Shown here one piece after another: positions 63,945-64,000 of a stretch of 64,000 nucleotides of DNA. Under the pieces are notes generated by a model. It was not told the origin of the DNA, made no database searches, and saw nothing but the letters and a program-made list of their open reading frames with translations. Position numbers and translations under genes: made by a program. The first letter of the stretch is position 1; each line of letters begins with the position of its first letter. Source of the stretch: a virus (taxonomy: Duplodnaviria > Caudoviricetes); IMG/VR virus record IMGVR_UViG_3300020045_002401, positions 17,849 to 81,848 of that record, one strand, 5' to 3'.

Positions 63945-64000
63945 AGAGTCAAAGTAAAAAAAAATCCTATACAAATTAATGCATAGGATTTTATATATAA

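Noticed and set aside
2642-63974. Stop-codon reassignment (TAG/TGA) as seen in some crAss-like phages
   Set aside because: Long intact ORFs, including 5332 aa, under the standard code; TAG is used as a real stop (e.g. 5247, 16542).
1-64000. tRNA genes, DGR (TR/VR plus RT), integrase or IS elements
   Set aside because: No cloverleaf with T-loop signature, no reverse transcriptase, recombinase or transposase motifs seen by eye; tRNAscan-SE would confirm.

Overview
The window is about 64 kb of a very AT-rich lytic phage genome with crAss-like (Crassvirales-type) gene order, read in the standard genetic code. Two small minus-strand genes and a ~1 kb non-coding region precede a plus-strand block (2.6-50 kb). 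That block holds a PD-(D/E)XK nuclease, terminase, portal, major capsid, ring/tail/muzzle proteins, an SGNH-tipped tail protein, a holin/GH19 endolysin/u-spanin cassette, cargo proteins and a 5332-aa virion RNA polymerase polyprotein. A convergent minus-strand block (50-64 kb) holds DUF932, a RyR-domain fusion, dNMP kinase, ThyX-like enzyme, GHKL ATPase, ATP-dependent ligase and primase. The main unexplained signal is a dispersed 24-bp bipartite DNA motif, CG(A)AT-N6-T-N3-CTA[ACT]GGGC[AG]. I found 18 copies by eye, on both strands, mostly inside genes and mostly in opposite-orientation pairs. Short A-tract/CpG-rich patches recur at roughly 7-kb spacing, and an EDF[SA]P motif appears three times at apparent domain boundaries of the giant protein. 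No tRNA, CRISPR array, intron or IS element was recognised. All family assignments come from motifs read by eye; no database searches were run.
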